From a virus (taxonomy: Duplodnaviria; Caudoviricetes), in IMG/VR virus record IMGVR_UViG_3300017963_000051, positions 1 to 60,966 of that record: a DNA stretch of 60,966 nucleotides; one strand, 5' to 3'. The position numbers were made by a program, and so were the translations under genes. Shown piece by piece: positions 47,071 to 57,347 of the stretch (position 1 is the first letter of the stretch; each line of letters opens with the position of its first letter). The notes below the pieces were generated by a model. The model was given only the letters and a program-made list of their open reading frames with translations. It searched no databases and was not told the origin of the DNA.

Positions 47071-47598
47071 ATGAAGGACCACCACAACCTCGTCATCGAG
47101 ATCCCCAAAGCCAAGAGCGAGCAACTCCGCCGCTACTGGCAGCGCATGGTCGACGGGCTGAGCGAGTACAACGCGGAGTGGCTCGCCGACCATCCCGAGG
47201 CACAGGACGGACCGTTCCCGATGTACGAGCTGCCGCGCTCTGGCGGCCGGTGTGCGGACCAACGGGTGGCGAGCGCTCCCATCATCCTGGAGCGGAACAA
47301 AGCCACTTGCGTGGAGTGGGCGTGCTTCATGGTCGGCTTGTACCGGCTCCGAGGCGAGACCGAGGCGTACGTGCGTCTCATCCCGATCTTCTCCGAGACC
47401 TACGGACGTGCGGTGCCCTACCAGTACCACGCAGTCGTGGTCCGGGCCGATGGCACCATCGAAGACGTCACCGCGGACCTGCCCGGGTACAACCTCCCGG
47501 GCCCGTGGTGGAAGGCCGCGGGGCACTGCTGCGCAGACTGTGCCCTCGGCAAGCACGGCCCTGTGGAGCCGTGTGAGCCCTGCGCGGAAGGACACTAG
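47071..47598 (+). CDS. Transglutaminase-like (papain-fold) cysteine protease candidate
   Basis: ATCVEWAC helix, YHAVV, IEDVT give a C-H-D triad in order. Confidence 0.7.
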   Translation: MKDHHNLVIEIPKAKSEQLRRYWQRMVDGLSEYNAEWLADHPEAQDGPFPMYELPRSGGRCADQRVASAPIILERNKATCVEWACFMVGLYRLRGETEAYVRLIPIFSETYGRAVPYQYHAVVVRADGTIEDVTADLPGYNLPGPWWKAAGHCCADCALGKHGPVEPCEPCAEGH

Positions 47599-47601
47599 AC
47601 C

Positions 47602-48090
47602 ATGAAGACGAGCAACCTACTTCTCCTTCTCGCCGCTGGCGCGGGCGTCGCTTTCGTCATGGCCGGCTCGGGTTCGAGCGGTTCCGGTCCGACCTTGACG
47701 CGACTGAAGCCGAACCGGCTTTCGTTCGTGGACGTCGGCGAGACATACCTGCTCGAAGTCGAGGATGTGCCGGATGCCATCCTCGCCATGGCGCAGCCGG
47801 ACGGTAGCCTTCCGTTGGATTCCGTCATCGTCAACACGGTGCACGACATGGCGACGGAGGGTGAGGCTTTCATCGACGAGAACGGCAGGCTGGTACTTCC
47901 GGTGACGTTCCTGTCACCGTCTGAGAAGGCCGAGGACGTGCAGCTCTTGTGGGGCTTGGGCACGCCCTTTCCTGTGGGCTCGTTCAACATCAATGCTCGG
48001 ACCGAAGCGGCTTCCATGGGCCGGCGTCGGCTCACAGGTCGCCGTGTGGGTCACCACCACGAGTTGGTGCGTGTGCCGGGGGTGGTCTAG
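47602..48090 (+). CDS. Membrane-anchored virion protein candidate
   Basis: N-terminal LLLLLAAGAGVAFV. Confidence 0.7.
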   Translation: MKTSNLLLLLAAGAGVAFVMAGSGSSGSGPTLTRLKPNRLSFVDVGETYLLEVEDVPDAILAMAQPDGSLPLDSVIVNTVHDMATEGEAFIDENGRLVLPVTFLSPSEKAEDVQLLWGLGTPFPVGSFNINARTEAASMGRRRLTGRRVGHHHELVRVPGVV

Positions 48091-48092
48091 CC

Positions 48093-48632
48093 ATGTTGTG
48101 GATTCTCATCCCGTGCGGCATCGCTGCCTGTCTGGCTCTCGGAACGGACTCCGAGAAGAAGCGCGAGCAGGAAGAGAAGAAGCGGCGGGGCCAGATGGGC
48201 CGCCGGGGGGTCTCGCGCGTGGTCGGGTCCTACGCCTGGGAGGGCAAGCCGAGCTACCGCCGAGCGATGCCCCTGACGGGCGTCACGGCTCGGCCCCGCT
48301 CCTACTCCTGCCCCGAGCGAGCGCTCCCGTACAGACACCCGCTGGAGTCGGGGATTCTTCCCTGGCTTCCGGACCGGGTCGACGATGCCATCGTGCACCA
48401 GATCAACCACGGGCACCGTGACTGCGATGTGATCGCCACGCTGGTGCTGCGGGAGGTCTACCCGGTGACGACGAGCGGCGAGCCGATCTCCTGGCCCTGT
48501 GTCCCCCGCGACGCGGCGGCGCTCGGGTGCCTGGAACAGCGAGTGAAGATCCGAGTGCAGCGACACCTCGCGGAAGTCTCGGATCTTGAAGCGGACCACG
48601 ACTACCCCGACGATACGGGGCTGGAGGACTGA
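48093..48632 (+). CDS. Membrane-anchored virion protein candidate
   Basis: N-terminal MLWILIPCGIAACLALG. Confidence 0.7.
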   Translation: MLWILIPCGIAACLALGTDSEKKREQEEKKRRGQMGRRGVSRVVGSYAWEGKPSYRRAMPLTGVTARPRSYSCPERALPYRHPLESGILPWLPDRVDDAIVHQINHGHRDCDVIATLVLREVYPVTTSGEPISWPCVPRDAAALGCLEQRVKIRVQRHLAEVSDLEADHDYPDDTGLED

Positions 48633-48635
48633 ACC

Positions 48636-49067
48636 ATGGCGCACAGCAAGCACACCCACGAACAGATGGCGATCTACAACTCCAAGGAGATCGCCCACTA
48701 CGCCCGAGAGATCGTCCGCATGTTGGAGGCCGGCGAGCCCCTCATGCCCTGGCAGGCCAATCTCCTCGCCAAGTGCCGGTCGAGTATCGGCGAGGTCAAG
48801 CACCGCATGGAGACCCGCTCGGGCGCCATCGGCCAGCCTGTCAGCGCCATGAACCGCGCCGCGACCGGCCAGCCCATCAGCGCCATGAACCGAACCGCGG
48901 GCATGTCCGGAGACCCGGACCGGGATGGACATCCCGACATCATGGAAAGCGGTCTCTCGGGTTCGCAGCGCATCGCCAAGATGCGGGCGAAGAACGCGAA
49001 CTATGGGGGCCACAAGGGTGGCACCCCCTACCGCCGCTACATGAAGAAGAAGTCGGCGAAGAAGTAG
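48636..49067 (+). CDS. Small basic protein with internal duplication (core protein candidate)
   Basis: GQP(V/I)SAMNR twice; Lys-rich tail. Confidence 0.75.
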   Translation: MAHSKHTHEQMAIYNSKEIAHYAREIVRMLEAGEPLMPWQANLLAKCRSSIGEVKHRMETRSGAIGQPVSAMNRAATGQPISAMNRTAGMSGDPDRDGHPDIMESGLSGSQRIAKMRAKNANYGGHKGGTPYRRYMKKKSAKK

Positions 49068-49074
49068 TCTACCC

Positions 49075-49695
49075 ATGAGCAACTCCCGCACCGGCATGTA
49101 CGTGGGCGCAGGCATTCTCGGCCTCGCTCTGATCGCCTCTCTTCGCCCCCGAGACGCTGAGACCGAAACGGTTTCTGGCGGCGACGGCGACGGCGACGGC
49201 GATGGTGATGCCGTGGACGACGATCCCACACGGGGTGCCATGGGCTTCTCGCCGGCCCGCTACATCCGAAACGATGCGGTGCACGGCAGCTTCTACGAAT
49301 CCCGACGCGGGGACCTGCTGCTCGGGAAGGGTCCGAAATCGATCACCTGGCGGGCGCTGTTTCAGGCTGCACTCGATGCGGGCTTTCAGGCCGAGTCCGA
49401 TGATGGTGTCTCGGCTGAGTGCATCGCCAACGACAGCGCTCGTCGGGTGGCTTACGCGGGGTTGATCTGTGCAGCCCCGGCGAACGCCGCCCATCTCACG
49501 CACGACCTGCGCGAGAGAGACTTCCGCAACCACGAGGGCGTGGGCATCGATCTCCGCACACGCCCCCTCCTTTGGCTTCCGGTCATCGACCTGGAGATGC
49601 TCACCCGCTGTGGCGTCATCCAGTCGACCGTCTGGGAAGAGGACGGCACGTCCACCTTGGAGATCCCACCGGAGCTTCGCTATGTCGAACGGTAA
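49075..49695 (+). CDS. Membrane-anchored virion protein candidate
   Basis: YVGAGILGLALIA; (GD)n linker. Confidence 0.7.
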   Translation: MSNSRTGMYVGAGILGLALIASLRPRDAETETVSGGDGDGDGDGDAVDDDPTRGAMGFSPARYIRNDAVHGSFYESRRGDLLLGKGPKSITWRALFQAALDAGFQAESDDGVSAECIANDSARRVAYAGLICAAPANAAHLTHDLRERDFRNHEGVGIDLRTRPLLWLPVIDLEMLTRCGVIQSTVWEEDGTSTLEIPPELRYVER

Positions 49696-50185
49696 GGACA
49701 TTCCCTGGACCTGGATTCTCGGTGGCGGTGCCATCCTCGCTGTCGGCCTGTTCGCCTTCCGTCGCGGTGGGGGCAGCGTCGAACAGAAGGCGCTCGGCGG
49801 CGACGGGGAGCTGGTGGACATCTTCGTTCCCGAGGATGCCAGCGAAGTGGCCCCGGATGATGCCCCGCCGCCTGGCCCCCCTTCGGGTATCCCGGCGGAG
49901 GTGGAGACGTATGGACGTGAGCTGGCGTCGGCGGAGATCGCAAACCGCTTCCGAATCGAGTTCATCCAGTTCGGCAAGCTCCACAAGGGGGAGTGGCGGA
50001 TCTCCTACGTCATCAACGTGTACGACGCAGAGGGCAGCGGCATCGAGACCTTGCCCGAGCTGTGGGACGGGTACTGGAACCCGGACCTCATCATCGCTGA
50101 AGGTCATTTCGACAGCGACGAGTACGACGCGGCGCGTAGCTACTATGACACGAACCTCGGCCTACTCGTGGAGGCGGCCGAGTGA
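49682..50185 (+). CDS. Membrane-anchored virion protein candidate
   Basis: PWTWILGGGAILAVGLF. Confidence 0.7.
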   Translation: MSNGKDIPWTWILGGGAILAVGLFAFRRGGGSVEQKALGGDGELVDIFVPEDASEVAPDDAPPPGPPSGIPAEVETYGRELASAEIANRFRIEFIQFGKLHKGEWRISYVINVYDAEGSGIETLPELWDGYWNPDLIIAEGHFDSDEYDAARSYYDTNLGLLVEAAE

Positions 50186-51165
50186 GCAAGGCGATCGGTT
50201 ACGTCGGTGCAGGTGCACTGACGCTTGCCGGGTTGTGGCTCATGACCCAGCCCGGCAGCGGCGGTCCTCGTGTAGAGGACGTCGCCCTACCTTCCGACGA
50301 GGTGTTGGACCTCGAAGCGGGCATGTTTGCCGTGCGCGAGAAGGTCAACGCAGACCCGACGATCTTGACGGCGGCGGACTGGTTGAAGCTGCGCGACCCG
50401 ATCCTCACCTACTTCGATCAGGTGGAGATCTTCATCATGGAGTCGACGCTTCATGTGGCCGCGGACGCGGTAACGATCAACCGCGGGGAGAACGGGCACT
50501 ACCTCACCGATGAGGCTGTCCGAGAGCAAGCGATGGCGGCGCTGGATAAGACGTACGAAGAGGTGAAGCCGGGGTGGCTGGATCAACTTGCGCCCTGGTT
50601 CGCGGGGCTTGGCATCCTCGGCGTGGCCCTCTCCGCTCCGGACATCGCGGTACAGCAGGAGCTTCTGCGTCAGTTCGAGCCGGTGTGGGACACCTACCAC
50701 GAGGCCCGAGCCCGGATCGAAGCGATTTTCGAGGCTCTCGAAGAGCTGCCCGCCGACACGCCAGACCCCCAGGTCAACATCGTGATCCCGGCGACGCCTT
50801 TCACGTCGGAGATCGTGCTCGACGAGATCACCCCCATGGAGATTCTCTTTGCCGAGGGCGGGCGCTCGTCGAGCTACGGTCTGTGGTGGGACGCCAAGAT
50901 CGCGGCAGACATGGCAGCACAGCTCACTGCGGTGTCGAGCGACCTGCCCGGAACGCTGCTCGAAGCGGTGCTCCAGACGACGGCGGAGTGGGCGGTGTTC
51001 GTCATGGCCGAGCTGCTCGGCATCATGCTCGAACTCGTGGGCGTGAGCGACGAGAACATCGAGAAGGCGAAAGAGCTTTTGAACAGCAACCCGAACACAG
51101 CGCTCGGAGCCATGCTCGTGCTCGCGGGTGGGGTGGTGGCTTTCCAGACGGCGAGGACGCCGTAA
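50182..51165 (+). CDS. Acidic multi-TM membrane protein
   Basis: N-terminal, internal and C-terminal hydrophobic helices. Confidence 0.75.
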   Translation: MSKAIGYVGAGALTLAGLWLMTQPGSGGPRVEDVALPSDEVLDLEAGMFAVREKVNADPTILTAADWLKLRDPILTYFDQVEIFIMESTLHVAADAVTINRGENGHYLTDEAVREQAMAALDKTYEEVKPGWLDQLAPWFAGLGILGVALSAPDIAVQQELLRQFEPVWDTYHEARARIEAIFEALEELPADTPDPQVNIVIPATPFTSEIVLDEITPMEILFAEGGRSSSYGLWWDAKIAADMAAQLTAVSSDLPGTLLEAVLQTTAEWAVFVMAELLGIMLELVGVSDENIEKAKELLNSNPNTALGAMLVLAGGVVAFQTARTP

Positions 51166-51214
51166 GTCGGGCCGATGGCAACGAGATAACCCAGAAACGA
51201 CGGAGACAAAGACG

Positions 51215-51817
51215 ATGAACACGAAACTACTTCTCGGGCTGGGCGCTGGTGGGCTTGCTCTCCTCGCCCTGAGTGGGGCTGGCGGTGAGACGCCGGCCGA
51301 TGGCACGAAGCCGGCTGGCAAGGGCCTCGGCCCTGGAACGAAGATTCCCGGGGGCCCGAACCCTCCGGCGATCGACAAGCAGACGGAGGCCAAGGTGACG
51401 GCTCTTTCGCGCGATCTCATGAACGCCCTGGGCTACGCCTTCGAGACGGGTGATGCGTCCGCGGACGCGAACCAGATCCGGCGCTTCCAGACGCAGTACA
51501 ACGCGGTCAGCCGCCTCGCGGGGTCGAACCTCGCGGGCATCTCGGTGCCCTCGAACATGGGCACCGTGGACGTCAACGAACCTGGGGATTCCAAGATCCC
51601 CGCTGCGACGAAGGCGGCCCTGAACGCTGCCCTCGCGGTCTCGGGTGGCCCCGAGTACGTGGAGACGTTGCTCAAGCCGTACCTGCTCGAAGAGGATGAC
51701 GACCTGCTCCTTCCGGACACGCCCTGGCTCGACATGGTCCGGGCGGCGTGCATCAAGCACGACCAGTGGCTTTGTGTCGAGTGGATCGACGAAGGCGCCA
51801 ACCCCTACGCGACCTAG
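51215..51817 (+). CDS. Membrane-anchored protein with peptidoglycan-binding-like motif
   Basis: LLLGLGAGGLALL; LMNALGY..IRRFQ..PAATKAAL. Confidence 0.7.
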   Translation: MNTKLLLGLGAGGLALLALSGAGGETPADGTKPAGKGLGPGTKIPGGPNPPAIDKQTEAKVTALSRDLMNALGYAFETGDASADANQIRRFQTQYNAVSRLAGSNLAGISVPSNMGTVDVNEPGDSKIPAATKAALNAALAVSGGPEYVETLLKPYLLEEDDDLLLPDTPWLDMVRAACIKHDQWLCVEWIDEGANPYAT

Positions 51818-51837
51818 CGGCGTGGTAGAGTGGAGGC

Positions 51838-52251
51838 ATGTCCGCAATGAAGAGCATCAAGGTCCAGGCCCTGAGCAACGGGTTGATCCTCCACGTCCAC
51901 ACCAGCAAGGGGGAGCAGCAGTTCCTCGTGCCCAACGACAAGTCTTCGGCGTACAAGGCGTTTGCCGAGGCGTGCAAGGAAGCGCTGGACAGCGTGTCGG
52001 AGCCCGAGCCCGAGCCCGAGCCCGAGCCTAGCATGGGCTTCGGCCCGAACTTCGGTCCTACCTCGGACCCCGAGGAGGACGCGGACAACATGAGTCTGGG
52101 GGAAGCGGCGAACGTGTTTCTGTCGCAGAACCCGGGGATCGGTGACTTTCTCGGGAAGTTCATCGGGGGCATGAATGAGGCCGAGAAGAAGCGGGCGGAG
52201 GGGCTCCGTCGCCGCGATGAAGAGTTGCGGCGGCGCCGCGAAAGGAAGTAG
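51838..52251 (+). CDS. Hypothetical protein
   Basis: gTGgTAGAGT 6 nt before ATG. Confidence 0.7.
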   Translation: MSAMKSIKVQALSNGLILHVHTSKGEQQFLVPNDKSSAYKAFAEACKEALDSVSEPEPEPEPEPSMGFGPNFGPTSDPEEDADNMSLGEAANVFLSQNPGIGDFLGKFIGGMNEAEKKRAEGLRRRDEELRRRRERK

Positions 52252-52255
52252 TGAC

Positions 52256-52639
52256 ATGGCGAAGAAGACCGAGAAGAAGCAGTCGATCGCGGCGGGTTTG
52301 ACGGACGCGCAGCGCAAGGGGATCAAGGCGATCAAGGCGGGGCGCAAGCCCAACGTCGGCCAGCTCTCCAGCCTACGTCGTGCCAAGCTCGTGAAGAAGG
52401 ACGGCGAGTTGTCGGCGTCGGGCAAGCGGGCGGCGGCTTCCATCGCCCGTAGCGAGACGTCGTCGAAGCCGAAGAAGGCTGCGAAGAAGAAGGCCGCGAA
52501 GAAGGGCAAGCGCAAGTCCACACAGATGGCGATCACCGCCAAGGGCAAGCGAGTTCCGAAGAAGGTGCAGGAGTGCGCCATCATCCTCGGGCACCACTCC
52601 CGCGGTACGCTTCAAGGCGTCGAGATCGTCTACGTCTAG
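52256..52639 (+). CDS. Lys-rich DNA-binding or condensing protein candidate
   Basis: wHTH-like LTDAQR..LRRAKLV..LSASGK plus KKAAKKK. Confidence 0.7.
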   Translation: MAKKTEKKQSIAAGLTDAQRKGIKAIKAGRKPNVGQLSSLRRAKLVKKDGELSASGKRAAASIARSETSSKPKKAAKKKAAKKGKRKSTQMAITAKGKRVPKKVQECAIILGHHSRGTLQGVEIVYV

Positions 52640-52648
52640 GGCAGGTCC

Positions 52649-53335
52649 ATGAAGTGGTGGATTCCAGTTGCAGCAGGGGCCGGGGCCCTGCTCATTCTCG
52701 GGGGGAGCAGCGCAAGCGCTGCCGACTCCGGGCTGGGATCTCTCGACCTCGACATTCCCGGAGGCGCCACCCCGACCGACTTTGACCCGTCCATCCTCTC
52801 GGACAAGGCACGGCGCGTGTACGACTATGCCCGCCACGTCGAAGATCTGGGGATCTGGACGCCAGGCTTTGCCGAGTTCGCAGTTGCCACGAGCCGCATC
52901 GAGAGCGGTCACAACCCGAACGCGATGAACAAGTCGAGCGCGTTTGAGAACGCAGCCCGAGGGCTCTATCAGATCCGACCCAAAAGCGCTTTCAGTTGGC
53001 GCAATGGGCTGGAGCACCTCCAGGACCAGCCCGAGCTGTTGTTCGATCCCTCATGGGCGACGGCGGTGGCAGCCGACTACGCCAAGCGCTTGGTGGATGT
53101 GTACGCGGACCCGGGGCAGCGTGTGACGTGGGCGGACCTTCGGCGAGGCTGGAAGTACCCGAAGCTCGTGGCGGAGCAGTACCGGGCGACTGAGACCGCC
53201 AACCTTGCTCAGTTTCTGAACAAGGGCATCGACAACACCACGCAGCGCCGTGAGTTGGCCTTGGAAGAGGCTACACTCGGCACGTGGCCCGGAGTGCTCG
53301 AACTGCAAGCCTACCTGGCCGAAAAGGAGTTCTAG
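52649..53335 (+). CDS. Membrane-anchored lytic transglycosylase (SLT-like)
   Basis: IESGHNPNA, ARGLYQI, LFDPSWATAVAADY; N-terminal TM. Confidence 0.88.
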   Translation: MKWWIPVAAGAGALLILGGSSASAADSGLGSLDLDIPGGATPTDFDPSILSDKARRVYDYARHVEDLGIWTPGFAEFAVATSRIESGHNPNAMNKSSAFENAARGLYQIRPKSAFSWRNGLEHLQDQPELLFDPSWATAVAADYAKRLVDVYADPGQRVTWADLRRGWKYPKLVAEQYRATETANLAQFLNKGIDNTTQRRELALEEATLGTWPGVLELQAYLAEKEF

Positions 53336-53339
53336 GACC

Positions 53340-53699
53340 ATGCCGAAGTTCAACGTCGTTCGAGGAGAAGCCCGTGCACGTGCAGGAAACGCGGAAGAGA
53401 CCGCGTCGCAGCCGGAGCAGAAGAAGGCTACCAGCAGCTCCGGCGGGGGCTGGTGGATGCTCCTGCTTGGGGCAGGGGTCGGAGCGCTAGGCTATCACTA
53501 CCTGCTTCGCAACGCGCAGTCCTTCATGGGCGGCGGCTTGAACCTTGGGGGCAACGGGGGGCAGACCCAGGTCTCAGGCGCTCGCGGGCGCTTCCTCGCG
53601 GCCACACAGGCGCCCCAGGCGGTGCCCCAGGTCCAGTACGTGCCGGTGCAGACGCAGGGCGGTCCGGTGGTCATGGAAGAGATCGAGGTTTTGGAGTGA
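53340..53699 (+). CDS. Single-TM protein
   Basis: WWMLLLGAGVGALGYHY. Confidence 0.7.
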   Translation: MPKFNVVRGEARARAGNAEETASQPEQKKATSSSGGGWWMLLLGAGVGALGYHYLLRNAQSFMGGGLNLGGNGGQTQVSGARGRFLAATQAPQAVPQVQYVPVQTQGGPVVMEEIEVLE

Positions 53700-54976
53700 C
53701 GATCTTCGCCACAGAGCTGGCGGAGGGGCTCGGGCTCGTGTTGCCCGACCCTGCCAAGCCGATCCTCTCCCTGGAGCCGTACTTCCGGGGGGCGTGGGGG
53801 TCGTCTGGCCTCGGCGATTTTGTGGACCCGTTCATGGACGTGGCCCGGACCGTCGGACAGCTTGTGGCTCAGCCGTTGGAGTTCGCGGCGGAGCTTCTCA
53901 CCATCATGGATGCGATTCCCGCGGAGGCGATTCCCTTTGCGGGGGCTACGATGAGTGTGGGGATCAACGCTTTCAAGTGGAAGCACGAGAGGGACGTGCG
54001 AGAGAGCCTTTTCGGGCTCGCTTTGGGCACGGGACGCCTTGCACAGCTTGGCGAAGATCCTGTGCCTGCATGGGCCAACGCGGTGGGCGTGCCGTCCTTC
54101 ATCGACTGCTCGGACATGAAGGACGCCCGTGCTCGGACGGTCGTCCCACCCCAGAAGATGCCCGCCCCCTGGCGCAACCCGGGGAGCTACTCCCAGCCCT
54201 CGGGCAACTGCGGGGCCGGCTATGCGGTGTGGTGCAACTTCGACCACTACCCGCACGGGAAGAAAAAGCCTGGAGCGGGTGGCAAGCGCTGTTCGGGGAA
54301 GGCAGACGTGTCGGCTCTCCTGTACCCGTACTGGACAGGAGCCCGCCCGCCAGGACCGGCACCGGCTTTCTTTGCGGAAGGCTCTTTCGAGCGTGAGCAT
54401 TTCGGCACGATCGACACGAACGCCGACATGCTCGCGGCGCAGTCGTACTACCTCGGCACGTGCTTTGGAAACTTCAGCGTCCGCATTTCGGACGTGGTCC
54501 GGATGCGAAACAACTTGCAGTCACGGGTCGGGAAGTACATCGAGATGCAGGTGGCCGACCCGGCGCAGAACTACGTCCTCACGGACGAGCGCTTGGCGGT
54601 GGGGATCACGATGTGCGATGCCTTCATCGCGGCCCGAGCCGCCTTCGTGCAGACGGATGAGGCGGTGGCGCTTTCGATGTCGCCCCCGCTGGCGGGACGG
54701 CTGGATCCGGATGCGAGGGCCGAGACGATGGCGTGGCTCGAAAAGAAGATCGCCAAGCCGAACGTGCCGGTGTTCGTGCCGGGGATCTCCGTGATCGGTC
54801 CGCAGACGCCTGACAATCAGCAGTACCAGGTCAGCGACGGCGAAGGCCCCTTCGTGGGCTACATCCCGGACCTGTCAGCGAAGATCGAAGCTCAAAACAC
54901 TAGCGATGGTGGCGGTGTGGGTGCCATCATGCTGCTCGCAGCGGGCGGGCTGATCTACACCCTCACGAGGAGATAG
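53696..54976 (+). CDS. Virion membrane protein candidate with C-terminal TM
   Basis: GTGA-coupled; ends GAIMLLAAGGLIYTLTRR. Confidence 0.75.
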   Translation: MTIFATELAEGLGLVLPDPAKPILSLEPYFRGAWGSSGLGDFVDPFMDVARTVGQLVAQPLEFAAELLTIMDAIPAEAIPFAGATMSVGINAFKWKHERDVRESLFGLALGTGRLAQLGEDPVPAWANAVGVPSFIDCSDMKDARARTVVPPQKMPAPWRNPGSYSQPSGNCGAGYAVWCNFDHYPHGKKKPGAGGKRCSGKADVSALLYPYWTGARPPGPAPAFFAEGSFEREHFGTIDTNADMLAAQSYYLGTCFGNFSVRISDVVRMRNNLQSRVGKYIEMQVADPAQNYVLTDERLAVGITMCDAFIAARAAFVQTDEAVALSMSPPLAGRLDPDARAETMAWLEKKIAKPNVPVFVPGISVIGPQTPDNQQYQVSDGEGPFVGYIPDLSAKIEAQNTSDGGGVGAIMLLAAGGLIYTLTRR

Positions 54977-54981
54977 CGAAC

Positions 54982-55908
54982 ATGAAGCGTGCAACGATGG
55001 GCGGAGTCTACCGGGCGTACCAGGAACGCAAGGCGCGAGAGCAGGGACGCATGGGCGCCCCTGAAGGTGCTCTCGATGCCGTGCTCGAAGGAGCGCCCCC
55101 GGCGTGCCTGAACGTGGACCCCTGGAGCGGGAGCTTCACTGTCCGCTACGGCGGCCACGAGGCAATCGTCGAGGGGATGCTCTCGGGCTCGCAGTTCTTC
55201 GGGTGGGTTCCTGACGACTCGCAGGGCTTTTGGGACACCGCCACGAAGTACGCATGGGAGCAGACCCAGAAGTACATCAACGGTCTGAGCAACGCGATGC
55301 CGATGCCGTACATCGACAATGGTCGCGTCGCGGAGATCGTGCAGGCAGCGGCCGACGAGCGCTGGAACCTGACCCAGATGGTGTACGGGTTTGCGAACCC
55401 ACGATGGGAGCCGACCGAGGAGTTCGCGTTCCGCAAGGGGATGGCGCGGCTCGGGCAGCTCATCGCCTGCGGGCGCTACGCGGCGGCCCTCTCGAACCTC
55501 GTGCAGCGCTACGCGGACAAGGGTAAGGGCGACGACTACCCCTTCGGGCTCGACCCGAAGACTCAGCTTGGGGTCGGACCGAAGGCGTTTCCGCCCCCGG
55601 TGAGCCCCGAGGACCCCATCATCATCCCGGACCCCGTCGTCGAGCTGCCGGGCAAGTTCACCCTCAAACCAGCACCTCCAGCGCCCCCGAAGACCCCGGT
55701 CGTGGACGCAAGCCGTTTTGGGATCACGGTGGGCCCCGGAGGAGCAGACACTTCGTTCGACCCGCAAGAGGAGGACAAGGAAGGTCCCTGGACGGGTGCA
55801 ACGGGCGAGACTGAAGAGAAGCCGCCCTACAAGGCAGATGCCGGGGGCATGATGTTCCTGGCCTTCCTCGCCGCGGCAGGGGTGGGCTACGTCGTCCTGA
55901 AGAAGTGA
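54982..55908 (+). CDS. Virion membrane protein candidate with C-terminal TM
   Basis: Ends FLAFLAAAGVGYVVLKK. Confidence 0.75.
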   Translation: MKRATMGGVYRAYQERKAREQGRMGAPEGALDAVLEGAPPACLNVDPWSGSFTVRYGGHEAIVEGMLSGSQFFGWVPDDSQGFWDTATKYAWEQTQKYINGLSNAMPMPYIDNGRVAEIVQAAADERWNLTQMVYGFANPRWEPTEEFAFRKGMARLGQLIACGRYAAALSNLVQRYADKGKGDDYPFGLDPKTQLGVGPKAFPPPVSPEDPIIIPDPVVELPGKFTLKPAPPAPPKTPVVDASRFGITVGPGGADTSFDPQEEDKEGPWTGATGETEEKPPYKADAGGMMFLAFLAAAGVGYVVLKK

Positions 55909-55923
55909 TTTGAGGGTGTTGCC

Positions 55924-56103
55924 ATGCCGCTGAAGAAAGGGACCTCTCAGAAAGTCGTGAGCGCGAACATTCGCCAGCTCATGGCGGAGGGGTATCCGCA
56001 CAAACAGGCGGTGGCGATTGCCCTCGACACAAAGCGCAAGTCCGAGAAGAAGTGCAAAACCAAAGACGGCAAGCGGTACTGCTACGTCATCCTAGAAAGG
56101 TAG
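55924..56103 (+). CDS. Small basic phage protein (MPLKKG...QAVAIAL family, 59 aa)
   Basis: Translated by hand: MPLKKGTSQKVVSANIRQLMAEGYPHKQAVAIALD. Confidence 0.8.
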   Translation: MPLKKGTSQKVVSANIRQLMAEGYPHKQAVAIALDTKRKSEKKCKTKDGKRYCYVILER

Positions 56104-56107
56104 AATC

Positions 56108-56863
56108 ATGACCATCCCCAACACCCTCCCCGCACGCACGCCTGTTGGTTTTCGCCCTGTCGGTTGCTGCCCTCCCGACCTTGTGGTGGCGAGTATCGAC
56201 GGGCTCGCGTCTCCGATCGACGAGACCTTGCGCTTCGTTCAGTTTCCGCTCACGCCCGCGAACCCCATAGCGACGCTTGTGCTGTTCGGTCTGAACTTCG
56301 ACAGGCAGACGCAGATCAAGTTGCTGGCTCCTCCGGTGACGGTGCCCCCGCTGCCGCCGGTTCCCCCCAACACGCTCGCGCCTCCGACGCTGACCGAGGT
56401 TGCGCGGATTCTCCCGAATCTCGCAAACAACGAGGCGGGGCTGCTTTCGTTCTCCCTGGAGGCGACGCAGTTCCCCGCGCCGGGAGACGACCCCGAGGGG
56501 TGGGGGATTGCGGTGGTGAACAGTTGCGGCTGTTCTCAGGTCATCGGTTTGGTCCTGGTGGGCGAGGGTGCGGCGAGCTGTCCGGAACTGCTTTCGCTCT
56601 CACCGGGCCCGTACATCTCTGGGGCTCCGAGCGCTCTCATGACCCTGACGGGCGTTGCACTCGATGGGTCGTACACGCTCGACGTGACGAGTGCTGTCGG
56701 CGGCCCGATCCCGTTCTTCCCTGCGGGTCCTCCGGCTCCCGCGAGCTACGACATCTCGCTCGACCTCTCCCTGGTGCCCCAGGGGCCTGCCACTGTGACC
56801 TTGACGCCCACGGATCCCGGGTGTCCTCCGACGTCGCTTCCCTTCACCATCATCTCGGCATAA
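56108..56863 (+). CDS. Two Ig/IPT-like domain structural protein
   Basis: LVLFGLNF...VVNSCG; LTGVAL...ATVTLT. Confidence 0.7.
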   Translation: MTIPNTLPARTPVGFRPVGCCPPDLVVASIDGLASPIDETLRFVQFPLTPANPIATLVLFGLNFDRQTQIKLLAPPVTVPPLPPVPPNTLAPPTLTEVARILPNLANNEAGLLSFSLEATQFPAPGDDPEGWGIAVVNSCGCSQVIGLVLVGEGAASCPELLSLSPGPYISGAPSALMTLTGVALDGSYTLDVTSAVGGPIPFFPAGPPAPASYDISLDLSLVPQGPATVTLTPTDPGCPPTSLPFTIISA

Positions 56864-56873
56864 GGGAAAGGCC

Positions 56874-57347
56874 ATGGGCATTCCGGGCAACGTCACAGTC
56901 CGCACTCCTGAAGGGATGCGCCAGATCGGCAACCAGCCGATCTACCTGCGCAGCTTCTACCAGGACGATCCGCCACGCCTGGGCTCCGGGACGTATGCTG
57001 AGAGCTTCCCGGTTCCCCAGAACTACGGGGCCCGCCTGTTCCGACTGGAGTACCTGTCGGTCCGGTGGGACTTCCCGTTCTCTGCGGGCGAGAGGGCCAG
57101 GATCCGTCTCTACCGCTACCGGAAGACGGGGGAGTTCGGAACCTTCTTCTATCAGCAGATGACGAACACGTTTGACGCTGACGATACGCGGGACTGGAGC
57201 TGGACGTACGACATCAGCGACCGGATCCGAAACGATTTTGAGTTGAACCCGATCACAGACTCCATCGCGGTGAGCAACGTGTACACTGCGGGGGGCACTC
57301 CGAGTGTCCGAGCGCTTCGCGTGGACTTCGGACTGAAGGTGGTGTGA
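56874..57347 (+). CDS. Beta-sandwich structural protein (vertex candidate)
   Basis: All-beta pattern, 157 aa. Confidence 0.65.
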   Translation: MGIPGNVTVRTPEGMRQIGNQPIYLRSFYQDDPPRLGSGTYAESFPVPQNYGARLFRLEYLSVRWDFPFSAGERARIRLYRYRKTGEFGTFFYQQMTNTFDADDTRDWSWTYDISDRIRNDFELNPITDSIAVSNVYTAGGTPSVRALRVDFGLKVV

